Source: Phoronis australis (lineage: Eukaryota; Animalia; Phoronida). From it: 64,000 bases of DNA. A program made the position numbers and the translations under genes. Each line of letters starts with the position of its first letter. The stretch's first letter is position 1. Below, piece after piece: positions 40,001-51,900 of this stretch. The stretch is taken from assembly GCA_002633005.1 (NCBI GenBank), contig NMRA01000247.1, forward strand, positions 317,847 to 381,846, read 5' to 3'. The notes under the pieces are model-generated. The model did not search any database. It saw nothing but the letters and a program-made list of their open reading frames with translations, and was not told where the DNA came from.

Positions 40001-43000
40001 TAGTCGTCTGAGAGAAAAATAGTTTGTACACGTTTGCTTTGGAAAAAAATAATTCGTACAAGCTTTCTGGATCGGTAAAATGGAAATTTTCATTCTTATA
40101 AAAGAACACAAATCAATAAGCGCCAATTCTATTCAGGTGATCGGAATCAGTTATTTGCTTTACTTCACTAGCATAGAGCTAGAAAAGTCGTTTTTCAGAT
40201 CGCCATTTTTGACAACAGAAAATGTGGAAATACCGATAAGATTTTCCAGTGTGTCGCCAAATAGCGGTAAAAATGTTTTAACAGTGGATTTTCCCAACAA
40301 CGTTCTGTTACTCTCAGATTAGTACTACACGAATAATTTTACAAAAGTGCAGAGTAACAGTATCATGCCATCCCGTAGTCTTTTTAGAGCTGATTCCGGT
40401 GACTGCAGTGCGCAACTATACAGTGCTCCACTTGGATTGCAACTATTCTCACATGGCAAAGTGCGCGCATGCAATCTTCACGTGTTGCAGAGATTACATT
40501 ATAAGGATTAAATTTTTGGCCAGAGTCAGGTCCCGTGACACGAGTAAAACTATGCGCGTATTATAAAGTTCTGAGTTCAGAGAGCACGAAATAAATGTTT
40601 GAAAAACTAATTCAGGTGTTTTTTTATGGTTGGGAATGTTTATGTTCTAGACTCCATAACCCAATAAATTGTCAACGTAAGGTTTAGTGCAGCGAGGCTA
40701 ACTTCAGTTGCCTCTCCGTGAAACACGCTATGCAATGAAGATGAGAATTGGAGGTAAGCGTCAGTCGTCAATCAAAAGTTACTGCAAGGGCATTACTCAA
40801 CAACAAGTATTTGCTTTATATTTTATGACTTTGACTCGGGATGAGTCTAATTTTAGAACCCGCACAGTGGGGGTCCTAGGGAAAAAATACTTCATACAGT
40901 ATTATTCGGGTAATCGGTAGCTCGATGTTCCCTAGGCTCAATGTTCCAGTCTCGTAGCCACCTTCTAGCGATCTTCTTTATTCTTTTCTCCGTACACTAG
41001 CGCCAATTATCATTCCAGGGTCGCCAGTCGACCCCGTAGATTTTTCAGGCTTAATTCTATGGGAAGAATTTTGTTCTGGCTGAAGCTGGCCAATGTAGAA
41101 ACAAAATTATTCCGCGTGGCTATACAGGTAGGTGGAAACTATATCTACACAGACAGGCCTAGGCAGCGCAGTTTGCCCCAAGAAATTGTATCGTAATAAC
41201 ATTTCTTACTATTGCAGTCACTTAGTTTCTTATTACCTCAAACATTCACGGATAGTATTTGTCTATAATACCTTTGACTTTTTAGGAAACACGGTAAGCG
41301 CCTACTGCTCTACAAAGCTAGGTTTTGAGAAATTTCAATAAAGCTCCAGGGCACACAACAAGAACCGCCAACGACATTGGTAAAGTCTGCTAATGCCACC
41401 TTGATTGACAATGAGCTAAAAACAAAACCTGGCTTGCATTTTTTATTATTTCAAGATCATACACAAATACCCAGTAACGTAGGCATCAAATTAACCCTGT
41501 GAGGCACACTGTCCTTTCCGTCGCCACACATCCTCGGTTACCCGGCAAAATACACTTCCAGAAAGTCTGGCGAATTTCATCAAAATAGAGAGAATTTGTC
41601 ACCTTTCCGTGAGGTATGAGAATTGTTCAAAATCCAAGAGCTTCCCTTCTAAATTGAATTGGGAGTGTTGGCAAAACCACTGTCACATTTCTTTGGCCTG
41701 ATTTTTTCGAATACATATATTATCTAGTGCACTTCAGTCGGAAACTAAGTGTGGCAGGCGACATCGCAGAAAGCGGAGATTCCGAAGGCGATGTGGTTCC
41801 TGAAGTTTGCGAAAACAGGAAGAAAATAAAGTTACAAAAGAGTTCAAGCATTATATTTTGAAGTAAACCCATCACCCGGTAAAATAATTTGTTGCATGTT
41901 GTTATAATTCACATTGACAAATCACCATCTCGGAGGCCGCTATTGGACTCATCATCGATCTTTATCTCTAATAATTCGAACATTCGACTTTCTTCTCTAA
42001 TAGTTCCAAAGGTCAATTTTGTCTCTATTAATTCGTACACGAAGCTCTCAAGGGAAGAATCGTTTGTACACTAGTGTACGAACTAATAGAGAAAACACCG
42101 TATATCCCCTAAGTGAAATTCAACCAATGATTAAAACCTGACAAATACAAAAGAAAAGTCACTTTCTACCTTTTTGACCAATTTTGAATGGTTAACTATT
42201 TCCCAATTAAAATAATATTTTTTTTTTCTTTTTGTAGGTTAATCTTGCTAATCAAAAGCATATAAATACAAAAACTATTAATTAAGTTACTGTTCTTTCA
42301 GATGCCAACTACACGAATTATTACCCACTAATTCTGCATTTCACGTTGGAAGTAAGAAGTAATAGAGCGTATTGTATACACTATTAGGGATATGACCGTA
42401 CAGGAAATTTTGGGTATTTTATCAAATATTCCAAAGGCTTCCTTCAACCAGATTTCAATGGCTGAAACATGAGAATAAATGTTTCCAGTCCAAATTTTGT
42501 CCACGTCCACATCCCCTCATGACCCAGTGAAGGTCCACTCAAGGAAATATTGATCAAATAGCCACTATTCAACAGATCAAATATGAACTTAGATCTCTTT
42601 TTAAATTTCACAACTGCCAAAAGCATTTCACTAAATCATAACATGAAATGAATCGTGAGAGAAATCTTGACCTTATTGGCTAGACTGGTTCAAATGATAT
42701 AATATGTCATCATGCAGCACAATATTCTTAGGACACCAGTCCACATTATGCAGCAAACTGTAAGGTATGAGGTTTTATATAACAAGCCTTGACAACCAAA
42801 GCCAAATTCTAAGACCTTTCTCAACAGTTGCATAACTGAACAAGTGTCTCTATTCAGGTTCAACATATGAGGAAAAAACCAGTCCAACAGCCAGTAAGAC
42901 AAATGCACTGTAGTCAAATGAATGTTTTTTGATTGCCCAAGAAGTACAGGAGATCAAGGGTATATTCAATGTTAGCTAATCTAGTAGTTCACTCCCAATT

Positions 43001-46000
43001 TGTTTTGATGGAGGTCTTTACTGCTTGTGTTTATCTAGGTCAACCTCAGGGGATATGGTGATGATGTCTTTACTGTGTTTGCCCATTGTGTAGCCAGGGA
43101 GACAAATAAATATTTGCCTCCTCACACAAAAGAAGTTTTCAACTGACTGGTGGGTGCAGACCAGGAACAAGATTAATTTACTACACAAGCCTGATAAGGC
43201 TGATTTGTGGTGGTACTACCAAACCAATGAACTCCATCATGAATTTTGGTCACCTGCCCCTGACATAATACATCTTGTAAATTTTGCTTATCTCACAACA
43301 CATTCTGCAAGTTCAGTAAAATTTCATAACCAAACACACCAAGAAGTCTCACTAAATCTAGACTGTGTAAGTGATAAGGGAATAAATGAAACATACTGTC
43401 ATTAAAAACTAGTACTAACCAAAATTACGGAAATTTCCTTCTTTTTGAGAATCTAAGAGGTAAAAACCCTCTGTTGAGTTTCGGTGACCAAGAAGACCAA
43501 TCAAATGTTACTACAGTACAGAAAACAGCAAATTTTTTATCAAAGATTGGATTCTACTCCATCTAAGAAGCTCGTTCGGGAAACGTATCAAAACTATTAC
43601 AAATTATTTTCAAGATTGTGGAATGACTACGGAGGTAAGACCTAGTTACTATTTGCAGGACAATTTTACAATGAAAAACTATGACGCACGTTATCTGAAT
43701 ACCTTTTTCCTACATATCAGTTTTACTGGTTTTCAGTATATTAACTCAACACTCACTCTCCTAAAAAAGAACTGCTATAGTAAGTCTTACAAAAGAACTG
43801 TTTCGTCTCATATTTTAGCTTTGCTACGTCAGCCATCACAAAAGTTGACTACAGAATTATTTGGATATAAACCGTAGCTGTTGGTTGTCAGTTAGATGAC
43901 GAAATTTGCAGTTCACTTATTGTTCAAAGAAACACTGGTCACTATAATAACTTTATTTTCTTCTATACTATTAGCACTCCGAAATTTTTAAATCTAGAGC
44001 TGAAATTGGAATATTCACATCACAGCCATTTTTAAACACTTCAAAAATGTATAAAAGCAGAACAAGCTTCAAGCCAAAGAATACATTTGGTGCGTGCTCA
44101 TGAAAATGGTGACAAGAATGTTCCTCACTCCCCAACCATTTATCTAATACTAAGTCATATTAGGTCTTTAGTTTAAAACATTTGTTAACACATTTAAACA
44201 TTCCAAATTTGTTCATTTAAGGATAGTAATAATATGGTTTTGTTTCAAAACATTGCAAATGGTTTTCATAAAATTTAAATTTCTGAAAGTGTAACCCAAG
44301 TGCTCAACTGGAAATTTGAGGAACTAATTCTACTGACGTGAATCATGCATTGAGTAATTAATGTCCACAATGAGGGGTCAATGGAGAGACCTTCCTCAAT
44401 AATGGAAAACAGAAGGAATTCACAGAATCTGACTTCGATCATGGAATTAGAGATTTAAAAAGGAAGCTCCATATTTCAGTAGCATGTGCCATAGTTCCAA
44501 TATTTTGGGTTTTTAACCACAAAAAAATAACATACTTCATCAAATTCGACATGTTCTGGCCACAAATCAACCCACGTCTGTGTTTTGCAGCAGACGTGCT
44601 CAAGTTGCTGACATTCATTCTTTGAGAAGATGCTGCTGTTCACTTGCAATTTTGAGAAAAAAACAAAAATGGCACGCTGCAAGATACTGGTAAAACACAG
44701 CTGCTGCATCATTCGACAAACATAATTCTCAGGTTATTTCTCACTTTAAACTGGTATGGTAATTTTTCACTTATTTAGCACACGGCGTGGCTGACAAGTG
44801 AAACTCTATTTTGTTAAATTGCTCCACATACTAAAGATTAAGAACATTTTAGTCTATTACAAGTATGGTTTGCAATGTGTAGATGTCATAAAACATTTGC
44901 TTAAGTTCCAATTATCCTGCAAAAAAATGTAAGCAGCTATTAAATGGAAAGTAACCATTTTGACAATTTTTGAGCAAAATAGGTGGAGAATTGCCATAAA
45001 ACGGAATTTGACAGTTAAAAAATCAGGAAAATGAAATTTCATTTCCCAATATGGAGTTCTCTGCTTTTGAAAAACGAAAACCATGGTGTCTAAATGCAAT
45101 GAGTAGCAAAATACACGTACTGATATCCAGGCTCACAAACGAGACATGAGGATGAATTAGAGTGGAAGTACTCCCCAGAAGTGCAGTTGACTGAAGTACA
45201 GGTGGCGTTGGCCGAGTCTGAAATGACAAGAACAACAACTTTTATTTACAAGGAAGGTTTGTCAACCACAAACACACCACAATTCAGATTACACTTAAAA
45301 GGAACATTGGTTTAAACTTTAGGTTATGTAGAACCATAGCAAATGCATAAATTTGGCTAACTTTGGAACAACACATCTCAGAAATTGCTGAACACATTTA
45401 TATAAAACACTCAGGCCATGTAAGAGTAGGTGCCCCAAGTACGTCTATTAATGGAGTTGAAATGCATTGCCAACCACTAAAAATCGATATTCGCTTCGTT
45501 CCTGTGACTTGGTTTTATTCCATTTACTACCAAAATAACACATAGCCTGAAAGACCAATCCCACATCTACAAAGTAAAGAATAAAATATTAACTTTGGTG
45601 TAGCTACCAGCTGACAGCAAGTTTTGTCTAGCCGAGACATCACCGCCAAATCAGTACTTGCATTTTCAAGAGTCTGTCGACAAATCTGTGTATTTAGTCA
45701 AATTTCTATAAAACTATAGATTTTAACTCAGTAAAAGTATATATTTTAACTCAGTAAAAGTATATATTTTAACTCAGTAAAAGTATATATTTTAACTCAG
45801 TAAAAGTATATATTTTAACTCAGTAAAAGTATATATTTTATGAAAGTAGAAACATTTCTTGAGCTAAATTCAACAGTAGATATGCGGCTGAATGCACTTA
45901 TTGATAACCTCCACCATATTTAAGAATGCTTGTCATTAGCTATAACACGCACTGTTGAAGCACAATTTCACCACAAACGCACTTGATAATTATTGCCCAT

Positions 46001-48447
46001 TGTTGATGAATACTACTGCACTATTCAGATGACAAAAAGCCAAATTCCAATTCAAAGAAGCATAATTTCAGTTATGGCAGTAAAAAGCAATACCTAACCA
46101 AATGCACTAAATGCACTGTAAAACTAGTGGTAGAGTAATGAACCCAGTTCTGGTTTAAGATCTGAGACCCTAAATACACATTTTTCAATTCTGTGATGAC
46201 CTTCAAAACAAAAATCGGTGAGCAGACATACTGAAAATGAAAATAGAGCAGTTACAGGCTTTTAATTATTTAAGATTGTCAATTAGCAATCAATAGTCTC
46301 AAGGGAGGTCAAATATTGCACAGTGAACACTTTGTTTTTGACAACAGTGAAACTTCCTATAGGCTATTCTCTACAATTTAATTCACAAAAAGCTTAATGA
46401 AGAAAAGTTTTCACCCATTTCAAATAATATGTATCATTAATTTTAGACATTCCGTTTGTCAAAATTCCTCACTTATTTCAAAATTATGAACATGATTCTT
46501 TATAAGACTAGATTTCAAATCTGACTTTCCGGATGACACATTTCAAGACTCTTTTATAAACTGCATTTTTCATCAGACCATAAACTACCATACTGTACAT
46601 TTCAAAATTACAAACATGAATTCTTCTTCCCAGAGAAAGATGTCCAAATTTTAGAATGTTTTACTACACTTCACCATTCAGGAAGTGTAAGAATCAGTCT
46701 GAAATAAATCTACAGATTAAAGTCCAACAGTGCTGACAGACTACACCTTTTACAATTCAGATATACATGTCAGTTACAAAATGATGATGTATGACTTCAC
46801 CATGGGGAATTAAGCACCTTTTTGGAATTTTACTTATCTTTTTTATCAGAGTATACCGTAACCTAAAATGTTGTAAAGAATTAGACTCGGTTCAAGGATG
46901 GCATCATGTGCTAACAGGTTCCTGTTATTAATTTTATTCAATGACTCCTTATTTGTTTCATAAAACTTAAAGCTTTTAACCAACCAATTATTTTGTAACC
47001 AGTATGAATTTATATTTCAAGCACTGACGTCACACTTCTGTACCCCTTAACACAAACATGTCCGAATGAATGTTTTTCTGAAAGAATATGACTAGTGTTC
47101 TCCATACAGAATATAATTCCTAACTCAGATTGCATTTTTTGAAAGCGTTAATTCCCTTTGGGCATCAGAATGTACACAATAACTCACAGTTCATAAATTT
47201 ATAAAATAAAAGACGATGATAATTTAAAGTTCATTCTTCTTCTCCTTCTTCTGATACATCAAACTTCAACTTGTTGAAGACATTGACGGAAAAGAAAATG
47301 TTATTTCCAAAAGACAAATTGCAGTTATTATTAACAGAAGGTGTTATACAGTGCAGGATAAAAATAGTTGGATCAGGTGATGTTGTGGCATTTGGAACAA
47401 ATTGTTCTTGAATGCCTATAGAAGGTGCTGAGACCACTTTGTTTCTCAGTTCATTCCACTGCCGAGTAGTGACGCAGTGACGCATGGTGTTGAGCAAGTG
47501 GTATGCATGGACATTGACGCATCTGGGAGAGCATGTACTATAGGTGAACTGCCACTATCCCATAGTGCTTGTAAAAGAGTCAGTCTGCTGTTCATCCTGT
47601 CTAGCCTGGAGGGTGTCCCCAAGACAACTCCTCAATCATAGAAGAAACAACAGACATTTGTCTGTATTTATGCTTGAAACAAAGAGCACTTCTGCACTGG
47701 ATCAATTCAATTTTATCAATGTTATTTTCGTATATCTTTAGTAGTCTATAGATAACGTTAAACAACACACATTTCATGCCTTCTGCATCTGCGAAAGAAG
47801 ATTGGCCAAGTTGAATAGTAAGGTCCCACAGAACGCATCATTATAAGAAAAAATACTAATGGGGGATGTATGTTTTATTTAAAGGAAGTCCTGACCTGAT
47901 TTTTGCAATACCTTTCAATACTTTAGTGATTAACATGCTGTTTACTAGTTGGCACAAAGACACAGACAGGCTAGATCTTATCAATATTGTGATGTGCATT
48001 GGCTAGATTGTTTCTGAAAGTCACACACCAACATGCCTGCACAGATCCTAACCACCTCACTATTAACACCGATTTCGAGGACCTGAGGTAAGCCTCCATA
48101 TGGTTCTGTTGGCAATGAACGGAGGGTCGTTATAAGCGCCAAGTACAGTCTCCACAAATTCACTATCCATTCTTTGCAAACCCAGAAATCACATCTCAAC
48201 TAAGTAAGGAGCAACATGAAACCAATTTTATAGGAGTAAGTGATCTAAACCAAAAGTTTGCTTTTTTGGAAAGAGTGGGAACACATTCATGTTGTAATGA
48301 AGGCACACTCAAGTCTCAACACAAATCACAATGTCATTGTCAATGAATATATTCAGAATGTTTAAAACCAATCTGTGTCTTACCAATCGTGGCCAGCCAC
48401 AGAAAGACAATGCCAAGAAAACAGTACGCCAAGTGAGGGTAATCCAT
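22056..48447 (-). CDS. Secreted giant cysteine-rich repeat protein (GCC2/GCC3 / Ephrin_rec_like PF07699-type units), intact 5' half, exons 1-17
   Basis: Exons (minus): 48384-48447 (MDYPHLAYCFLGIVFLWLATI, signal-peptide-like), 45121-45217, 37642-37915, 35316-35424, 34585-34779, 32732-33613, 29118-29264, 28160-28501, 27466-27670, 26789-26904, 25939-26202, 25586-25674, 24844-24957, 24355-24435, 23569-23796, 22979-23141, 22056-22174. All are GT-AG and phase-compatible. Total 3489 nt = 1163 codons with no stop or frameshift. Repeats have the form CxxGxYxxxGxxxCxxCPAGxxC, with many NxS/T sites. Confidence 0.85.
22375..22554. repeat. ~180-bp palindrome resembling inverted Penelope-like terminal repeats
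   Basis: GAGAAAGTTGAAAATGAAAA...TTTTCATTTTCAACTTTCTC, with pairing through most of both arms. The minus arm contains CTGATGA-T-GGTTT...AAATT-GAAACGTT. Confidence 0.65.
28034..28096. repeat. Tandem repeat, 3 x 21 bp
   Basis: TTCAGCATTTCTCACTATAAC repeated three times. Confidence 0.95.
29477..30146. other. 229-bp duplication across a single N, probably two haplotypes joined at a contig junction
   Basis: 29477-29705 matches 29918-30146 with 2 mismatches. n at 29917. The first copy continues into a repeat end (CAAGAG-CAACGC-AGA-GCGTTG) and the second does not. Confidence 0.75.
30834..31713 (-). pseudogene. Dead tandem duplicate of exon 6 (32732-33613)
   Basis: Near-identical 880-nt copy of the 882-nt exon. 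It has a 2-nt deletion near 31643, CGA>TGA at 31312-31314, and the donor GTAAAC changed to AGAAAC at 30833. The acceptor AG is retained. Confidence 0.9.
39916..42100. mobile_element. Tc1/mariner-superfamily (pogo/Tc2-like) non-autonomous DNA transposon, 2185 bp
   Basis: 28-bp TIRs CGGTGTTTTCT(T/C)TATT(T/A)GTTCGTACACT with 2 mismatches. TA duplication at 39914-39915 and 42101-42102. Subterminal TTCGTACA repeats. No intact transposase ORF. Confidence 0.85.
45721..45835. repeat. Minisatellite, 5 x 23 bp
   Basis: TTTTAACTCAGTAAAAGTATATA repeated five times, perfect. Confidence 0.95.
47400..47500 (-). mobile_element. Possible CR1/L2-type LINE 3' fragment
   Basis: Peptide WNELRNKVVSAPSI resembles the WNxLPxxVVxAPS motif at the ORF2 C-terminus of CR1/L2 LINEs. 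Short and degenerate. Confidence 0.35.
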
Positions 48448-48932
48448 TTCTTCAGTTGCTTATCATGGCGTCTTCTGTTTTTTCACCAAGAAATATCCTG
48501 GAAGAAGGTACGTTCAACTCCACGGGAACCGATCTCAATGTCACACCGCTTGCGCACTTTCGAAATCCGTTTTCACAGCTTTTCTTCGTTAAATCAGGTA
48601 ACCCGAAACAGAGAAAACAATTTTTTGGCTTATTCTTGATGAAGTAGTCTGTTTCTCGAACGATGTTTACACTTATTCAATGAATTCGTTACCAAATCTT
48701 GACCAGCAAGTTTGGAACACTACAAACTTTCATGTTATGGCGGACGTTTGACGTCATTTGCGTCAAGTTGCTCGGAAACTCGACTCTTGCGACATCTAAC
48801 GAGAGAACGACATATCCAAAAAAAGTCGTAGGAGGATTCGCCATTTTCAGCAGATTTTCCTTTTGAGACGGAAACATATTGTTGACAAATTGTTGAATCA
48901 CAATCAAAAAGCGGGCTGCTGAAGGCAGCAGG
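48448..48932. promoter_or_regulatory. Bidirectional promoter / 5' UTR region between the divergent genes
   Basis: 485 bp between opposing ATGs, with local CpG enrichment. Full CRE palindrome TGACGTCA at 48749-48756 plus adjacent TTGCGTCA. YY1-like CGCCATTTT at 48839-48847. Several CGGAA ETS-like cores. Confidence 0.6.
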
Positions 48933-51900
48933 ATGGACAAGCCGGTAGGTGCTTGAGGTGTACCTTAGTTTTCCTAACTTTTTGTGATTTCTATCGGAAG
49001 TTTTTGCTATTATTTTCGTCAACAAGTTGATTTTGCGTCTTGGACGAATTGATGATTGTTGATGTCTGTCACTGCTGAGTGCTGGGTCAGAGTCGTTTGT
49101 CTGTCTGTCAGTGATTTTAGTCTTAATCTGAATTGTGTTATAGGTGTATTACAAATTCAAACGTTCTGGTTCGCTTTACAGGAAGGTTTAACTTTGAAAT
49201 TACTTGGCATATGTTCTACAAATCCTGAGCCCAAGGCCCTACTAGAGTAGAGGCAATCTAAACTTGAAATAATCTCCAACCTGGGCCTATTGCAGGGCTG
49301 TGACTGTGTGAACTTGGTGTGTAATTCGTTTTTTTTTTTGTACCTTTTTGAAACAGTTGAAGTGTATTTGCATGCTAACCATGTCATCTAGGTATGCAGC
49401 TGTTTTTTTATTTTAAAATGAGATCACAGAAGAAATAATTCATTGTGTATTTGTACAATGGTGAACTTAATCATAACCATATGTTTTTTTGTTAGCCCAC
49501 TAGACACTTGTGCGTCTTAACAAAACCAGTATTTAGGAATAAGTTATCTGATGAATACTAGCTTCAACCTTTTAATAAGTTTGTACAGCTCTTTGATGAA
49601 TCGTATATTTGTAATTTTCTTAGAAAACTGTATTTAAACTTGCAGATGTACTTCCAGTGAATCATATGAACCTTTGTTAGCCACTCATTAATGGGCAATT
49701 TCCTATTAGCCACACGGTTAGCTTGCTTGCTGGTTTTATCGGGGTCACAGGTTCGATTCCCGTGCCGGGTGATCTCAGCAATTACTGCAATTGGCGTAGT
49801 CGGCAAACAGGTGATCTACCGATGCAACACGGCCAACTAGAACCTACGGATGGCAGGCATGTTGTGATGATGGTAAAAGCTCCAGGAGTCAACTTGTATG
49901 AGAGACAACCCTGTGCTCACTTGCGTTGTGGCGGTAAAAATACCAAAGGAATTTGATGTCCTGTACGCGAGACAATCTGGTGTTCATCTTCCTGGTGGCG
50001 AAAGGAAGAAATGTTGTAGACATGCTTCCAGTGAATCACACGAGCTTCTCTTAGCCACTCGCTAACAGCCTGAATCATTAGCATGCTTGCCGGCTATATC
50101 AGAGTAACTGGTTCGATTCCTGGGTGGGGTGATCTCACCATTTACTGCAAAGTTTTTAAATCAAGCCATCTTTTGAATGTTGTCATCACATGCTCAAAGC
50201 GCTTACTGCAATCCAAAGCTTTGTACAAACGCTGAGCAGAGCAATTGTCAAAAAGCTGTAAATATAAAATTAGACAGATCCACCATCTCTGTTATCATGG
50301 TGAGACACACAGACAGACACATCCTATAGAGCCTTATTGAAGTTTTGCATTATATCTCACCCTAGTGATAGCATCAGTGTCATGCTGTTTTTGTACCTGT
50401 TGTGTAGTAAGCACCTTTCAACTTGATCATGTACTTTAGCAATTGCAATTTCCTTTCGATAGGTTCTATCCTTCATTAGCAAATTTCTTGGCGAATCAAA
50501 TTAGGTGCACGACATCATTGTTTTGACATTTCAATCAGAGTTTTAAGAATTTTGTTGTTGAAACAAGGTTTATTCTCAGTGCTGACGATCGTGACAGTCA
50601 ACTGCCTTGAAAGCGAGATGTTTACAACTTAACCACAGGAATCGCCAATGCTGAATCTTGACCTGCAGTTTAGATCTTTTGACTGACATATGGTTGAAAT
50701 GACATAAGAGCAACAACAAGGCATTGAGATCATTATGTATGCCAAACATTGTTCCACAACTAAACATATACTGCGACTCAAGTTCAAGTCTGATTATGGT
50801 GTCAAGGACGGAACATATCGGACCAAACTATGAGAACAGACTCCATGAAGCTAAACGAAAAAGTTTGTCATGTCTCCAGACAATCAAAAATTGCCGCTAT
50901 AGACAGCTATTATCGGCATCATCGTCACTGGAAGCTGCAACAGTTGTGACAAGCTTCCCACATCAAGGTCTGCACACAGTCATTGCCATTCTGAAACTTT
51001 TGTTTCTCGACCGTCCCATTTATCAAACCTTTTAAATATGGTGAATGTTCATGGGCGGCACACCATAGGGGGCTGGGAAGGCTATAGCCTCTCCAATTTT
51101 TTCAGTGCTGTGCTGCTCATGGTCTATGGGCTGTGCACCACAGGGGGGCTGGGAGCTATAGCCCCCTTTTTTTAGTGCTGCGCCGCCCATGATGTTGTAA
51201 GTGTGCAAAAATAACAAGTATTACATAAGTCGTCATGCATCACAGTAAGCATTTTGTTTCTATAACATTTGTAAGTTTTTCTCCAACAATGTGGACATTG
51301 TGGTAAACTATTTGATGGGGAAGTCACTTTAGTAGTCCAGATCTCCACCAAACCTTACATGCATTCCATGGACACAAGAACCTGGTGAAAACTTAAGATC
51401 ACATGAGATTTCGACAGCTTCCTGCGTCATTATTGCCTGTACAAAACACGCGAGTGCAGTACCAACTCCAAGTGAAAGTAGTCTTACAATTTGTCACAGC
51501 TCAATGCAGTGTGTGGTTTTGTAATTTCAGACATAATTCAATGGCTTCTGTAACACAAAGATGAGACAGATTTTTTGAGATAGTATGAATAGCGGATGCA
51601 GGTTGGTCTGCTTGTATGTAAGTCCGCGTCAAGATTAAGAAATATACATAAATGTTCTAACAAAAATTGTTACTTATGAATTTGTGTTGAAACTGCAGAT
51701 GAAACGTGTGTGCTCAAAATACACTTGTCTGCTATAATGAGGTAGACAAACAAATTTACTGTTCTGATGATGTTAACAACCTTTGGGGTTGTTTGTTGGT
51801 GACATGTTGACTCTTGAGTAGAAATGCATTCAAAGAACCCTGGAAAGGAATAAGATGTGTTATCTGAGCCTCATTTTAAAGAGAGTATGGCTTATGTGAT

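Noticed and set aside
48465-48476. Alternative first exon ATGGCGTCTTCT (MASS), identical to the human AF9 N-terminus
   Set aside because: It is followed by a very poor donor (GTTTTT), and the stronger donor near 48508 is phase 1 and incompatible with exon 2. MDKP|GTAGGT at 48933 fits much better, so this is treated as coincidence.
49700-49780. tRNA gene
   Set aside because: A B-box is present but there is no acceptor stem or cloverleaf; it is better explained as a SINE head.
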